Shown here in pieces: positions 53,927 through 62,721 of a DNA stretch of 64,000 nt. Each line of letters starts with the position of its first letter. The stretch's first letter is position 1. Below the pieces are notes generated by a model that was not told the origin of the DNA, searched no databases, and was given only the letters and a program-made list of their open reading frames with translations. The translations under genes were made by a program, and so were the position numbers. Source of the stretch: an uncultured Bacteroidales bacterium (GTDB lineage Bacteria > Bacteroidota > Bacteroidia > Bacteroidales > Paludibacteraceae); assembly GCA_900319035.1 (NCBI GenBank), contig ONMU01000004.1, positions 29,531 to 93,530 on the forward strand. The letters are read 5' to 3'.

Positions 53927-54688
53927 TTATCGCGCTTTGCAGAGGGCGAAGACGGAGAACTTGGCTCCTCTGAAACGCTTCATGGCACGGAGGCACGATT
54001 TGGCGGTTTCACCGGTAGTCATCAAATCATCAACCAATAGAATATGCTTATGGTACATCTGCTCCGGATGATTGACTGTGAATGCTCCTTCTACATTGTC
54101 TTTACGGTCGCGGCCTCGCTGCTTAGCTTGTTGAGGTGTATTCTTGATGCGGGTCACATGGGTGGTATCTACCGGTATGCCGGTAACCTCACTGATACCT
54201 CGGGCAATATATTCCGACTGGTTATAACCTCTCTCACCCATACGTCTCGAATGGAGCGGCATAGGTACAATTACGTCGATTTCATCGAAGAAATCCGCGT
54301 ACTGCATCTCCATCGCTGCCTGCCGTCCGAGTTGGTAACCTATCTCAGGGCGATCCTTATATTTCATAATATGAACGACATCCCGAATAGGATCCTCTTT
54401 GTCGAAAAAAAGGAATGCTGCCGCGCGCTCCAAATGCATCGCTTTCTTAACCCTCATCATCTGTTGCCCGGGATCGCGTACGAAAAGCGAATTGGTACGC
54501 GTAAGCGCCATCTCCGTCAGGTTCTCCCGTATTTCCGCTTGTTCTGTACGCGGCAGTTCCGCTAAACACTGAGGGCACAAACTACCATTCGGGATCTCCT
54601 TTCCCGGTTCACCCTCACCTATATACTCATCGCACATCGGGCACGTGCGCGGGTAAAAGAGGCTCAAGAGGAATGATCTTAGACGCAT
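53927..54688 (-). CDS. comF: ComF-family phosphoribosyltransferase-domain protein
   Basis: N-terminal Zn-finger CPMC..CPQC and the PRTase motif ILLVDDLMTTGET. The track start at 54739 overlaps the -7 box, so the ATG at 54688 (MRLRSFLLSLFYPRTCPMC) is used. Confidence 0.8.
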   Translation of the reverse strand: MRLRSFLLSLFYPRTCPMCDEYIGEGEPGKEIPNGSLCPQCLAELPRTEQAEIRENLTEMALTRTNSLFVRDPGQQMMRVKKAMHLERAAAFLFFDKEDPIRDVVHIMKYKDRPEIGYQLGRQAAMEMQYADFFDEIDVIVPMPLHSRRMGERGYNQSEYIARGISEVTGIPVDTTHVTRIKNTPQQAKQRGRDRKDNVEGAFTVNHPEQMYHKHILLVDDLMTTGETAKSCLRAMKRFRGAKFSVFALCKAR

Positions 54689-54735
54689 AGGTATATCTCT
54701 AAATGGTTCGTTTGGATGATGTTTGTAAAGCGAGT

Positions 54736-54767
54736 GCAAAGTTACCGTTTTTTAGGGACATATGCAA
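54736..54767 (-). promoter_or_regulatory. Consensus promoter (-7 TAACTTTG, -33 TTTG, 20-nt spacer) for comF
   Basis: Plus-strand caaagtta at 54736..54743 and caaa at 54764..54767. Confidence 0.65.
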
Positions 54768-54824
54768 AAGAGAACGTGTATTTTCAAAAAAAAATGTACC
54801 TTAGATAAAAAAATTGACTTTTTG

Positions 54825-54856
54825 TTTGCATGTGTGAGATATTTTTTGTAATTTTG
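54825..54856 (+). promoter_or_regulatory. Consensus promoter (-33 TTTG, 20-nt spacer, -7 TAATTTTG) for the Dcu transporter gene
   Basis: tttg at 54825..54828 and taattttg at 54849..54856, 25 nt before the ATG at 54881. Confidence 0.65.
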
Positions 54857-54880
54857 CGGCGGATTTAAATCTATATACCT

Positions 54881-56323
54881 ATGATTCTCATGATTGTTCT
54901 TTTTGTGCTGATGCTTTTCGTGCTGTGGCTTGGTTCGCGTCACGGTGGCTTGGCACTCGGTGCCATCTCCGGTCTGGGGTTGGCTGTTATGGTGTTCTGT
55001 TTCCAGCTCAAACCCGGTAATCCGCCTATTGATGTGATCCTCATCATCATTGCCGCCATCACTTGTGCAGGCATCATGCAGGCAGCCGGAGGTATGGAAT
55101 GGCTCATCCAGTTGACGGAGAAACTGCTGCGCAGACATCCCAACAACATCACTTTCCTCGCGCCTTTTGCGACGTTCTTTCTGACCATCCTCGTTGGTAC
55201 GGGACACGTGGTTTACATGCTTATGCCTATCATCTGTGATATAGCGCTCAAGAAAGGCATCCGTCCGGAGCGGCCGTGTGCTGTAGCCTCTGTAGCGGCG
55301 CAGGTAGGTATCACCTGTTCGCCGGTAGCGGCAGCAGTAGTGGCTTTTGTTGCGATCAGTAACGCCAACGGCTTTGAGGTAACCATCCCTCAGGTACTGA
55401 TGGTGAATATACCTGCCTGCATTTGCGGACTGATAGCCGCATCCGCAGCGTCCTACAAACGAGGCAAGGATCTGGACAAAGATCCCGAGTTTCAAGCCAA
55501 GCTACAAGACCCCAAACAGAGGGAATATATCTATGGAGAGTCGGCTACTTCTCTCAATGCGACTATCTCCAAATCCGCCAAAGCGTCTGTCTTTATCTTC
55601 TTAGGCGCATTGCTGCTCATCATCAATTTTGCTATCTTCCCGAATCTGCTGCCCGACTATGACACCATCAAAGCCGTCAAGGGCGCAGAGCCTGTGGAGA
55701 TTGTCGATGGCGTGATGATCTCCGCCCAGCAGCTGGCTGATGCGGGTATTCAGATAGATCAGGTGACGGAACTCGCAGAGGAAGACCTTAAGATGAACCA
55801 TGTGATCCAGATTCTGATGATCTCCGCAGCAGCGCTGATGGTGCTTTTCTGCAAAGCAAATCCCAAAGTAGCGGTGGACGGACCGGTCTGGAAGGCAGGT
55901 ATGACAGCTGTAGTGGCTATCTTCGGTATCGCATGGATGGCGGATACCTACTTTAGTCATTTTATGCCTCAGATACAGTCCATATTAGTGAGCATCGTAG
56001 CCAAATACCCATGGTCAATAGCTCTGGTCTTCTTCTTCGTGTCGATGCTGATCAATTCGCAGGGCGCGGTAGTGGTTTCGATGTTACCGCTCGCCTACTC
56101 CTTAGGCATCCCGGGACCGGTGCTGCTCGGCGTACTGCCGTCGGTATATGGTTATTTCTTCATTCCGACCTACCCGTCCGATGTAGCGACTGTCAATTTC
56201 GACCGCTCGGGTACCACGAAGATCGGTAAGTATCTGTTAAATCACTCGTTCATGATGCCGGGACTCATCTCTGTTTCCGTCTCCACCGCAGTGGCGTACC
56301 TGTTGGCCGAGTTGATCTTCTGA
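54881..56323 (+). CDS. Anaerobic C4-dicarboxylate transporter, DcuA/DcuB family
   Basis: Polytopic membrane protein. The N-terminal ~150 aa closely resembles my recollection of E. coli DcuB: GGLALGAISGLGLAVMVF..KPGNPPIDVILIIIAA..LLRRHPNNITFLAPF..ILVGTGHVVY..IRPERP. Confidence 0.85.
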   Translation: MILMIVLFVLMLFVLWLGSRHGGLALGAISGLGLAVMVFCFQLKPGNPPIDVILIIIAAITCAGIMQAAGGMEWLIQLTEKLLRRHPNNITFLAPFATFFLTILVGTGHVVYMLMPIICDIALKKGIRPERPCAVASVAAQVGITCSPVAAAVVAFVAISNANGFEVTIPQVLMVNIPACICGLIAASAASYKRGKDLDKDPEFQAKLQDPKQREYIYGESATSLNATISKSAKASVFIFLGALLLIINFAIFPNLLPDYDTIKAVKGAEPVEIVDGVMISAQQLADAGIQIDQVTELAEEDLKMNHVIQILMISAAALMVLFCKANPKVAVDGPVWKAGMTAVVAIFGIAWMADTYFSHFMPQIQSILVSIVAKYPWSIALVFFFVSMLINSQGAVVVSMLPLAYSLGIPGPVLLGVLPSVYGYFFIPTYPSDVATVNFDRSGTTKIGKYLLNHSFMMPGLISVSVSTAVAYLLAELIF

Positions 56324-56340
56324 TAGTAAGTACTAATACG

Positions 56341-56371
56341 AAAAAATCGCCCCGATGAGGAGCGATTTTTT
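56341..56371. terminator. Bidirectional terminator hairpin between the convergent dcu and uxaA genes
   Basis: aaaaaatcgc-cccgatgagga-gcgatttttt, with an A-run before and a T-run after the stem. Confidence 0.65.
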
Positions 56372-56389
56372 CATTGGTACAAACTCTGT

Positions 56390-57871
56390 TTAGAGCGTTA
56401 CACCATTCTTGAAGATGGAGATCTCGTGATAACCGTTCTTCTCGTTATTGGTCTTAGCGCCATTAGCTACCTCGATGACGTAGTCCGCAAAGCGTTTAGC
56501 TACCTGCTCCATCGGTTCGCCTTCGGCGATAACACCGGCGTTGAAATCAATCCAGTTCGGTTTGTTGTTATAGAGCGCCGAGTTGGTGGAGATCTTCATG
56601 GTCGGTACATAGGTGCCGAACGGCGTACCGCGACCGGTGGTGAAGAGTACCATATGGCAGCCGCAGGAAGCCAAAGCGGTCGAAGCTACGAGGTCGTTAC
56701 CCGGAGCGGAAAGCAGGTTCAAGCCTTTCACTTGGAGACGCTCACCGTACGCCATCACACCACGAACGAGGGACTTACCACATTTCTGGGTGCAACCAAG
56801 GGCTTTATCCTCCAAGGTCGAGATACCACCGGCTTTGTTACCCGGAGAGGGGTTCTCACCTACCGGCTCGCCGTGCGAGAGGAAATAGTCCTTGAAATCA
56901 TTGATGAGGTGTACCGTCTGGTCGAAGAGATGGCGGTTAGCGCAACGATCCATCAAGATCGTCTCTGCGCCAAACATCTCCGGCACTTCGGTCAGAACCG
57001 TCGTTCCACCTTGCGCTACGAGCCAATCGCTCAGTACGCCGAGGAGCGGGTTAGCGGTGATGCCGCTGAAGCCGTCCGAACCGCCACACTTGAGACCTAC
57101 GCGCAGTTCGCTTAATGGCACTTCCACACGTTTGTCATGCAGAGTCTTGGTGTATAACTCACGCAGGATAGGCATGCAGTACTCTACCTCATCGCCCTGT
57201 ATCTTCTGAGTAGTGACGAACTTCACACGATCTTCGTCAATCTCGCCGCAGAACTCCTTGAAGACATCCGGCTGGTTGTTCTCACAACCGAGCGAGACAA
57301 CGAGGATAGCACCTGCATTGGGATGATGGATCATGTCACGCAGGATCTTCTTCGTATTCTCGTGGTCGTCACCAAGCTGCGAGCAGCCGTAGTTATGCTT
57401 GAATGCGAAGATATTATCCGCACCTGTCTCCTGACGCAAACGATCAGCGCAACGCTCGATGATACCGTTTACGCAACCTACGGTCGGGATGATCCACACC
57501 TCGTTGCGGATACCTACTTGACCGTCTTTGCGGCGATAACCCATGAACGTACGTCCCTCGTCGGGGATGTTCAAAACAACCTCTTTGGGGTGATACTCGT
57601 ATTCCAAGAGACCCGCAAGGTTGGTTTTGATGTTGTTCTCGTTCATCCAAGAGCCGGCTTTCTTAGCCTCTTTGGCGTGACCGATCGGGAAACCGTACTT
57701 GATGACGTTCTCGCCCTCAGCGAGATCGGTGATGGCTATCTTGTGTCCGGCAGGAACATCTTCGAGCACCGTGATTTGCTTGCCATCGACTTCAATAACC
57801 GCACCGGCGGTCTGCGGTTGTATCGCTACCACCACATTGTCCGCCGGATTGATTTTAAGAATATTGGTCAT
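56390..57871 (-). CDS. uxaA: Altronate dehydratase (UxaA family hydro-lyase)
   Basis: 493 aa. N-terminal SAF domain (INPADNVVVA..AGHKIA) and a UxaA C-terminal domain with conserved cysteines (GCVNG, GCSQLGDD, LGCENNQ). Confidence 0.85.
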   Translation of the reverse strand: MTNILKINPADNVVVAIQPQTAGAVIEVDGKQITVLEDVPAGHKIAITDLAEGENVIKYGFPIGHAKEAKKAGSWMNENNIKTNLAGLLEYEYHPKEVVLNIPDEGRTFMGYRRKDGQVGIRNEVWIIPTVGCVNGIIERCADRLRQETGADNIFAFKHNYGCSQLGDDHENTKKILRDMIHHPNAGAILVVSLGCENNQPDVFKEFCGEIDEDRVKFVTTQKIQGDEVEYCMPILRELYTKTLHDKRVEVPLSELRVGLKCGGSDGFSGITANPLLGVLSDWLVAQGGTTVLTEVPEMFGAETILMDRCANRHLFDQTVHLINDFKDYFLSHGEPVGENPSPGNKAGGISTLEDKALGCTQKCGKSLVRGVMAYGERLQVKGLNLLSAPGNDLVASTALASCGCHMVLFTTGRGTPFGTYVPTMKISTNSALYNNKPNWIDFNAGVIAEGEPMEQVAKRFADYVIEVANGAKTNNEKNGYHEISIFKNGVTL

Positions 57872-57992
57872 ATTGATTTACAATTTGGTCATTTACCATG
57901 TACCATGTATTTTATCATTGGAAAAAATGAGTCATTGAAAAATGGCTAAATGAACCAATAAATGAACAAATGGTAAATGATAAAATGGTAAA
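57872..57992. repeat. Word-repeat spacer between uxaB and uxaA with CATTTACC words in one half and GGTAAATG words in the other
   Basis: ggtcatttaccatgtaccatgtattttatcattgg at 57887..57921. aaatggctaaatgaaccaataaatgaacaaatggtaaatgataaaatggtaaat at about 57939..57992. The 11-nt inverted pair is tcatttaccat (57889..57899) and atggtaaatga (57970..57980). Confidence 0.9.
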
Positions 57993-59480
57993 TTAGAGTA
58001 TCGTTTTAACAGTTTCGAGCATGCCTTTTGCTGCGATTTCATCGAGGAATTTAACCACCATGTCGGTCAGACCCGGGATCTTATTGAGGTCCTCTTTGGA
58101 CTCTTTCCAGATGATATCGGTAGCGCCGAGCACACCCTCTGCCACTTTGCGGGTATCGCCGGTAGCCCAGAGTTGTGCCAGCAGATCCATGATCTCCTGT
58201 GCATCGTTCGGCTGAATAGGAGCACCGTCAGCACGGGTACCGCCCTTGTAATAGGTGATGATAGCAGCCAGACCGAGTACCAAGCCCTTCGGCAGCTCGC
58301 CTTTACGCTCCAGATAAACCTTCAAGCCCGGCAGGTCGCGAGTCTCGAATTTCGGGAAGGAGTTGAGCATGATCGAGGTCACAGCGTGATCTACGTACGG
58401 GTTGTTGAAACGCTCCAATACGCTCTCGCCATATGCTTTGAGTTCGTCTTTCGGCAGGTTGAGGGTCTCCAACAGCTCCTCGAACATCACTTTGTGGATG
58501 TACTTACCGAGGATCTCGTGGTTGCAAGCATCGCGAACGATGTTCACGCCACTGAGGTACGTAACCGGTGAAAGAACGGTGTGCGGGCCGTTGAGGAGGG
58601 TCACCTTACGCTCGTGGTACGGTTTCTCGCTCTCAGCGATGAGGACATTCAGACCTGCTTTGTTAGCAGGGAACTCAGCCTCGAGCTCAGCAATCGACAT
58701 ATTCTCCGGTTTCTCGATTACCCAGAGGTGGAAGATCTCAGCCTGTACAACGAGGTTGTCGTTGTAACCTACTTTCTCCTGAATCTCAGCGATGTCCTTG
58801 CGCGGGAAGCCCGGTACGATACGATCCACGAGGGTAGCGCAGACGTAGTTGTATTTCTCGAACCACTCTTTGAATCCGGCGTAGTCAGCGCCGAAATCGT
58901 CCTTCCAGAGCTCGATGTACTTACGGATACAATCCTTGAGGTGGTGACCGTTGAGGAAGATCAACTCACACGGCATGAAGATCAGACCCTTGGTCGGATC
59001 GCCGTTGAAGGTCTTATAACGACGGAAGAGGAGCTGTACGAGCTTACCCGGATAGGAAGAAGCGGGAGCGTCGGTGAACTTACAGCTGTCGTCAAACGTG
59101 ATACCGGCCTCGGTGGTGTTGGAGATCACGAAACGGATCTCCGGCTGCTCAGCGAGCGCCATGAATGCCCAGTTTTGGGTGTACGGGTTGAGGGCGCGGC
59201 TGATGACGTCGATACGCTCGAGGGAGTTCACAGCCTCACCTTTCAAACGACCCTGCAGATTCACATGATACAAGCAGTCCTGTCCATTGAGCCACTCTAC
59301 CATACCTTTGTCGATAGGCTGTACAACAGCTACCGAACCATTGAAGTTGGTTTTTGCGTTCATGTTCCATACAATCCAGTCCACGAAAGCGCGGAGGAAG
59401 TTACCTTCACCAAACTGAATGATTTTCTCGGGAGCGACGCTCTTCGGCGCGGTCCACTTGTTCAATGCCTTTTTTGCCAT
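57993..59480 (-). CDS. uxaB: Tagaturonate reductase (altronate oxidoreductase), mannitol-dehydrogenase family
   Basis: IIQFGEGNFLRAFVDW Rossmann N-terminus and a long-chain mannitol-dehydrogenase layout. The track start at 59561 overlaps the promoter, so the ATG at 59480 (MAKKALNKW) is used. Confidence 0.8.
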   Translation of the reverse strand: MAKKALNKWTAPKSVAPEKIIQFGEGNFLRAFVDWIVWNMNAKTNFNGSVAVVQPIDKGMVEWLNGQDCLYHVNLQGRLKGEAVNSLERIDVISRALNPYTQNWAFMALAEQPEIRFVISNTTEAGITFDDSCKFTDAPASSYPGKLVQLLFRRYKTFNGDPTKGLIFMPCELIFLNGHHLKDCIRKYIELWKDDFGADYAGFKEWFEKYNYVCATLVDRIVPGFPRKDIAEIQEKVGYNDNLVVQAEIFHLWVIEKPENMSIAELEAEFPANKAGLNVLIAESEKPYHERKVTLLNGPHTVLSPVTYLSGVNIVRDACNHEILGKYIHKVMFEELLETLNLPKDELKAYGESVLERFNNPYVDHAVTSIMLNSFPKFETRDLPGLKVYLERKGELPKGLVLGLAAIITYYKGGTRADGAPIQPNDAQEIMDLLAQLWATGDTRKVAEGVLGATDIIWKESKEDLNKIPGLTDMVVKFLDEIAAKGMLETVKTIL

Positions 59481-59530
59481 AGTTTTAAGTATTAAATGAT
59501 TAAAAATTAACGTGCCCATGTTTTGCGGTG

Positions 59531-59562
59531 CAAAGTTACTAAAAAAAATCGATGTACGCAAG
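59531..59562 (-). promoter_or_regulatory. Consensus promoter (-7 TAACTTTG, -33 CTTG, 20-nt spacer) for uxaB-uxaA
   Basis: Plus-strand caaagtta at 59531..59538 and caag at 59559..59562. Confidence 0.6.
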
Positions 59563-59685
59563 TGCGCGCGTTACTTTTCGTCATTTCCGTCAATTTTTCC
59601 ACATTTTCGTACACCTACGCAAGCACGCGAACTTTATGCGTATTTATCAAAATACGTGTCAAAAACGATTTATTTTGGTCAAATA

Positions 59686-59717
59686 CTTGCATATTTGAAA
59701 ATTTTGTTGTACCTTTG
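59686..59717 (+). promoter_or_regulatory. Promoter (-33 CTTG, 20-nt spacer, -7 TACCTTTG) for the DUF5606 / Nif3 / Zn-ribbon genes
   Basis: cttg at 59686..59689 and tacctttg at 59710..59717. Confidence 0.6.
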
Positions 59718-59735
59718 CACCCGATTTTGATAAGA

Positions 59736-59770
59736 AATCTGAATTCTGAAAGCTGAAAACTGAAAACTGA
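59736..59770. repeat. Heptamer array AATCTGA ATTCTGA AAGCTGA AAACTGA AAACTGA in the 5' leader of the DUF5606 gene
   Basis: Five contiguous 7-nt units between the -7 box (59710..59717) and the ATG at 59779. Confidence 0.9.
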
Positions 59771-59778
59771 ATAGAATT

Positions 59779-60195
59779 ATGTTAAGAGAAATTCTTGCTA
59801 TTACCGGTAAACCGGGTTTGTATAAATTGGTAAGTCGCGGCAACAATATGCTGATTGTAGAGAGTCTGGTGGACGGCAAACGTACGCCGACCTATGCGCG
59901 TGATAAGATCGTAGCGCTGAGCGATGTGTCGATGTTCACGGACGCAGATGACATCTCGTTAAGCGAGGTACTGACCAATGCAGGCAAGAAAGAGGGTCTG
60001 AAGCCGGTAGCCATGGATCCGAAGAAAGCAAGCAATGCAGAGTTGCAGGCTTGGTTTGACGAGGTGCTGCCTAACTGGGATCGTGACCGCGTTTATCCTT
60101 CCGACATCCGCAAACTCATCCAATGGTATAACATCCTCGTAAAAGCAGGTATTACCGATTTCAGCATCCAAGAAGAAGCTGAAGAAAAAGAATAA
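59779..60195 (+). CDS. Conserved Bacteroidota small protein (DUF5606-like)
   Basis: 138 aa. The N-terminus MLREILAITGKPGLYKLVSRGNNMLIVESL matches my recollection of the DUF5606 family. Not verified by search. Confidence 0.55.
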   Translation: MLREILAITGKPGLYKLVSRGNNMLIVESLVDGKRTPTYARDKIVALSDVSMFTDADDISLSEVLTNAGKKEGLKPVAMDPKKASNAELQAWFDEVLPNWDRDRVYPSDIRKLIQWYNILVKAGITDFSIQEEAEEKE

Positions 60196-60975
60196 GTGCT
60201 CCTCAGGGAGATTATCCATAGCATAGAATCTGTAGCGCCACGGAGTGCCCAAGAGAAATGGGATAACTCGGGAATGCAGGTAGGTGACACAGGACGTGAC
60301 ATTGAGTCCGTTCTCTTGACCACAGACATCACGGAGGATGTGGTCAATGAGGCTATTATAGGTGGTTGTCAACTGATCATCAGTCACCATCCCCTTCTTT
60401 TTCATGGTCTCAAACAGGTGTGCGGTCAAACGCCGCAGGCGCGTGTGGTGGAGATAGCGATCAAGCATAATATCGCTATCTATAGCGCCCATACCAGTTT
60501 GGATAGCGTCATCGGCGGCATCAATACTCGTCTGGCAGATAAATTGGGAATACAAGACTACCGGATATTGGTACAAGGAGAAAGTCCTGAGACCGGTTTG
60601 GGCGTCATTGGACGGTTGCCTAAGGCGATGGAGTATGATGTTTTTATCGCGCATGTACACAATATACTAAATTGTACGTACGTGCGATACACCCGTGCGG
60701 CGAAAAGTTCCGTTGAAACCGTAGCTTTATGCGGTGGTTCGGGGGCGGAATTTATCGACGAAGCGATCCGACAGGGAGCCGATGTGTATATTACTGCCGA
60801 TTGCAAATACCATGAGTTCCAAGATGCAGAGGGACGGATCGGACTGATAGATATCGACCATTGGTACTCCGAGAGGCACGCACGGGAGATATTTAAAGAT
60901 ATATTAGCGCCATTAGGCATCCAATGTATAATCAGTAAAACAGATAAAACATATATTAATATTTATTCCTCCTGA
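60196..60975 (+). CDS. Nif3-like dinuclear metal centre protein (GTP cyclohydrolase 1 type 2 homologue)
   Basis: WDNSGMQVGD, ISHHPLLFHG, YSAHTSLD and ITADCKYHEF motifs. The GTG start directly follows the upstream stop (TAAGTG). Confidence 0.85.
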   Translation: MLLREIIHSIESVAPRSAQEKWDNSGMQVGDTGRDIESVLLTTDITEDVVNEAIIGGCQLIISHHPLLFHGLKQVCGQTPQARVVEIAIKHNIAIYSAHTSLDSVIGGINTRLADKLGIQDYRILVQGESPETGLGVIGRLPKAMEYDVFIAHVHNILNCTYVRYTRAAKSSVETVALCGGSGAEFIDEAIRQGADVYITADCKYHEFQDAEGRIGLIDIDHWYSERHAREIFKDILAPLGIQCIISKTDKTYINIYSS

Positions 60976-61103
60976 GTGGCTTGGAGGGGCATCCCCTAAA
61001 TCGAAATGCTAGTGAAACGATATTTCGATTTAAGAGCGGATGCATCCGAGTACTTACTACTAAAACGTAGTTTTGGTACATGTACGAGGATAGCTACACG
61101 CGA

Positions 61104-61838
61104 ATGGCAAGAGTAAAAGAACTAACCGTAGAGGACAAGCTCAAAGCGCTCTACGACTTGCAGCAAGTGGATTCAAAGATCGACGAGTTGCGAATTCTGG
61201 CAGGCGAATTGCCCCAGGAAGTGAAAGATATGTCGGACGAAGTGGAAGGTCTGAAGACCCGTCTGACCAATATCGAGAATGAGATCAAAGAGTGTGAGAC
61301 CCAGATCTCCGATCACCGCGTACGTACCGAGAACGCGAATGCGTCTATCTCGCGCTACAAAGAGCAGCAGAACACCGTTCGTAACAACCGCGAGTTCGAT
61401 AACCTGAACAAGGAGATCGAATATCAGGAGTTGGAGATCGAGGCTTCGCAGCGTAAGATCAAATACTTCACGCAGGAGTTAGAGGCTCGTATCGCAGACA
61501 AGGCTCACACCACCAAGACGATTGAAGAGCGTACGGTGGACTTGAACCAAAAACGTTCGGAGTTGGATCAGATCTTAGCAGAGACCAAAGCTGAGATGGA
61601 GTCGTTGATGCTCAAAGCAGCTGATCTGTCGAAGAAGATTGACGAGCGTCTGCTGACAGCCTTCAACCGTATTCGTAAGAACGCACGTAATGGTTTGGCA
61701 GTAGTGAAGGTGGAGCGTGACTCCTGCGGTGGTTGCCACGCTAAGATCCCTGCACAGCGTCAGTTGGATATCCGCACGCGCAAGAAAATCCTCGTGTGCG
61801 AGTTCTGCGGTAGAATCTTAGTAGACCCAGACATGTAA
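61104..61838 (+). CDS. Zinc-ribbon / coiled-coil protein (COG1579, DUF164-like), the usual Nif3 neighbour
   Basis: A long coiled coil followed by the C4 ribbon CGGCHAKIP..VCEFCGRILV. The track start is 61080. The ATG at 61104 (MARVKELTVEDKLKALYDLQ) is equally possible. Confidence 0.7.
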   Translation: MARVKELTVEDKLKALYDLQQVDSKIDELRILAGELPQEVKDMSDEVEGLKTRLTNIENEIKECETQISDHRVRTENANASISRYKEQQNTVRNNREFDNLNKEIEYQELEIEASQRKIKYFTQELEARIADKAHTTKTIEERTVDLNQKRSELDQILAETKAEMESLMLKAADLSKKIDERLLTAFNRIRKNARNGLAVVKVERDSCGGCHAKIPAQRQLDIRTRKKILVCEFCGRILVDPDM

Positions 61839-62652
61839 TAAGGAGGCTGAGAACGCCTATCCACCATGTATCGCCGGCACCTAACGTGTCGGCGATATTT
61901 TTTGTTTCCGTCAAAGACTGACCACCGGTTGCGGACTGTCCCAAAAAATAATAGAAGAGCACCGCAAGGCTGTTGTTGACAAAATGCATCACCATCGGTA
62001 TCCAGAGAGTGCCGGTCCACACGAACATATAACCGAACATCGCTCCCATCAGCATCCTTGGGATGAATCCGTAGAACTGCATATGTACCGCCGAGAAGAT
62101 GAATGCGGTCACCCAGATGGCGGCAGTGGGTTTCTGACCGTCTGCAAGAGTCTGTTGGAGAGTACCACGAAACGTGAGTTCTTCCGAAAGAGCAGGCAGA
62201 AGCGCCATCAGACCGATATTAATGAGTAGTCCGCCGATGGTATCCGTTTGCAAGAATCGCTCCGTCAGCACGGCAGCGGACGCCTCCATGGCACGCAGTT
62301 TTTCTTCGATGAAATCGAGAGAATCCGGCAATTCGATACGGCTGTTGAGGTCGGCTAAGAGGTTGATAGCCGGAATCGCACACACCATGATGCCTATCGC
62401 TAAAGCGAAAGACCAAACGTCAGCTCCTTGGTTGAGTTTCAACCACTCGAAAGGACGATGGTTATCACTCCAGAGCCATGCGCAGAAGATAGGCGGCAGG
62501 AGAAAAGTACCTACGGTCTGAAAGAACTGCAACCATTTGAGTCCCTCCGTCGTTTGCGAGTTGCCGTTGACCGCTATCCATGCGCCCATGGCGAGCATGG
62601 TGAGTACCGCCATGACGCCTAACCATAGTAATATTCGTTTTAAAAACCTCAT
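61741..62652 (-). CDS. CPBP-family intramembrane glutamic endopeptidase (CAAX protease / Abi-like)
   Basis: Polytopic. Motifs SEELTFRG (EExxxR), FSAVHMQF and HFVNN. The last ~32 codons overlap the convergent Zn-ribbon gene. Confidence 0.75.
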   Translation of the reverse strand: MRFLKRILLWLGVMAVLTMLAMGAWIAVNGNSQTTEGLKWLQFFQTVGTFLLPPIFCAWLWSDNHRPFEWLKLNQGADVWSFALAIGIMVCAIPAINLLADLNSRIELPDSLDFIEEKLRAMEASAAVLTERFLQTDTIGGLLINIGLMALLPALSEELTFRGTLQQTLADGQKPTAAIWVTAFIFSAVHMQFYGFIPRMLMGAMFGYMFVWTGTLWIPMVMHFVNNSLAVLFYYFLGQSATGGQSLTETKNIADTLGAGDTWWIGVLSLLITCLGLLRFYRRTRTRGFSCACGYPTDAVQGS

Positions 62653-62721
62653 ATAGACCGCTTTGCTTTAAGACCGTTGAACTGACAGAGTACAGACCTA
62701 TTCACTATTAGATCGCTGCGA

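Noticed and set aside
54752-55495. 247-aa minus-strand ORF overlapping the start of the Dcu transporter gene.
   Set aside because: It is antisense to a transporter gene whose N-terminus closely resembles my recollection of DcuB. It also runs through the comF and dcu promoters. The translation is Arg/His/Cys-rich with no motif.
59563-59685. Repeated TACGCAAG(T/C)(G/A)CGCG words and the tacgca..tgcgta inverted pair in the uxaB / DUF5606 divergent region, considered as a hexuronate-regulator operator.
   Set aside because: The same TACGCAA/TTGCGTA word is part of the extended -33 promoter context seen all over the window. It cannot be distinguished from promoter-like sequence without binding data.
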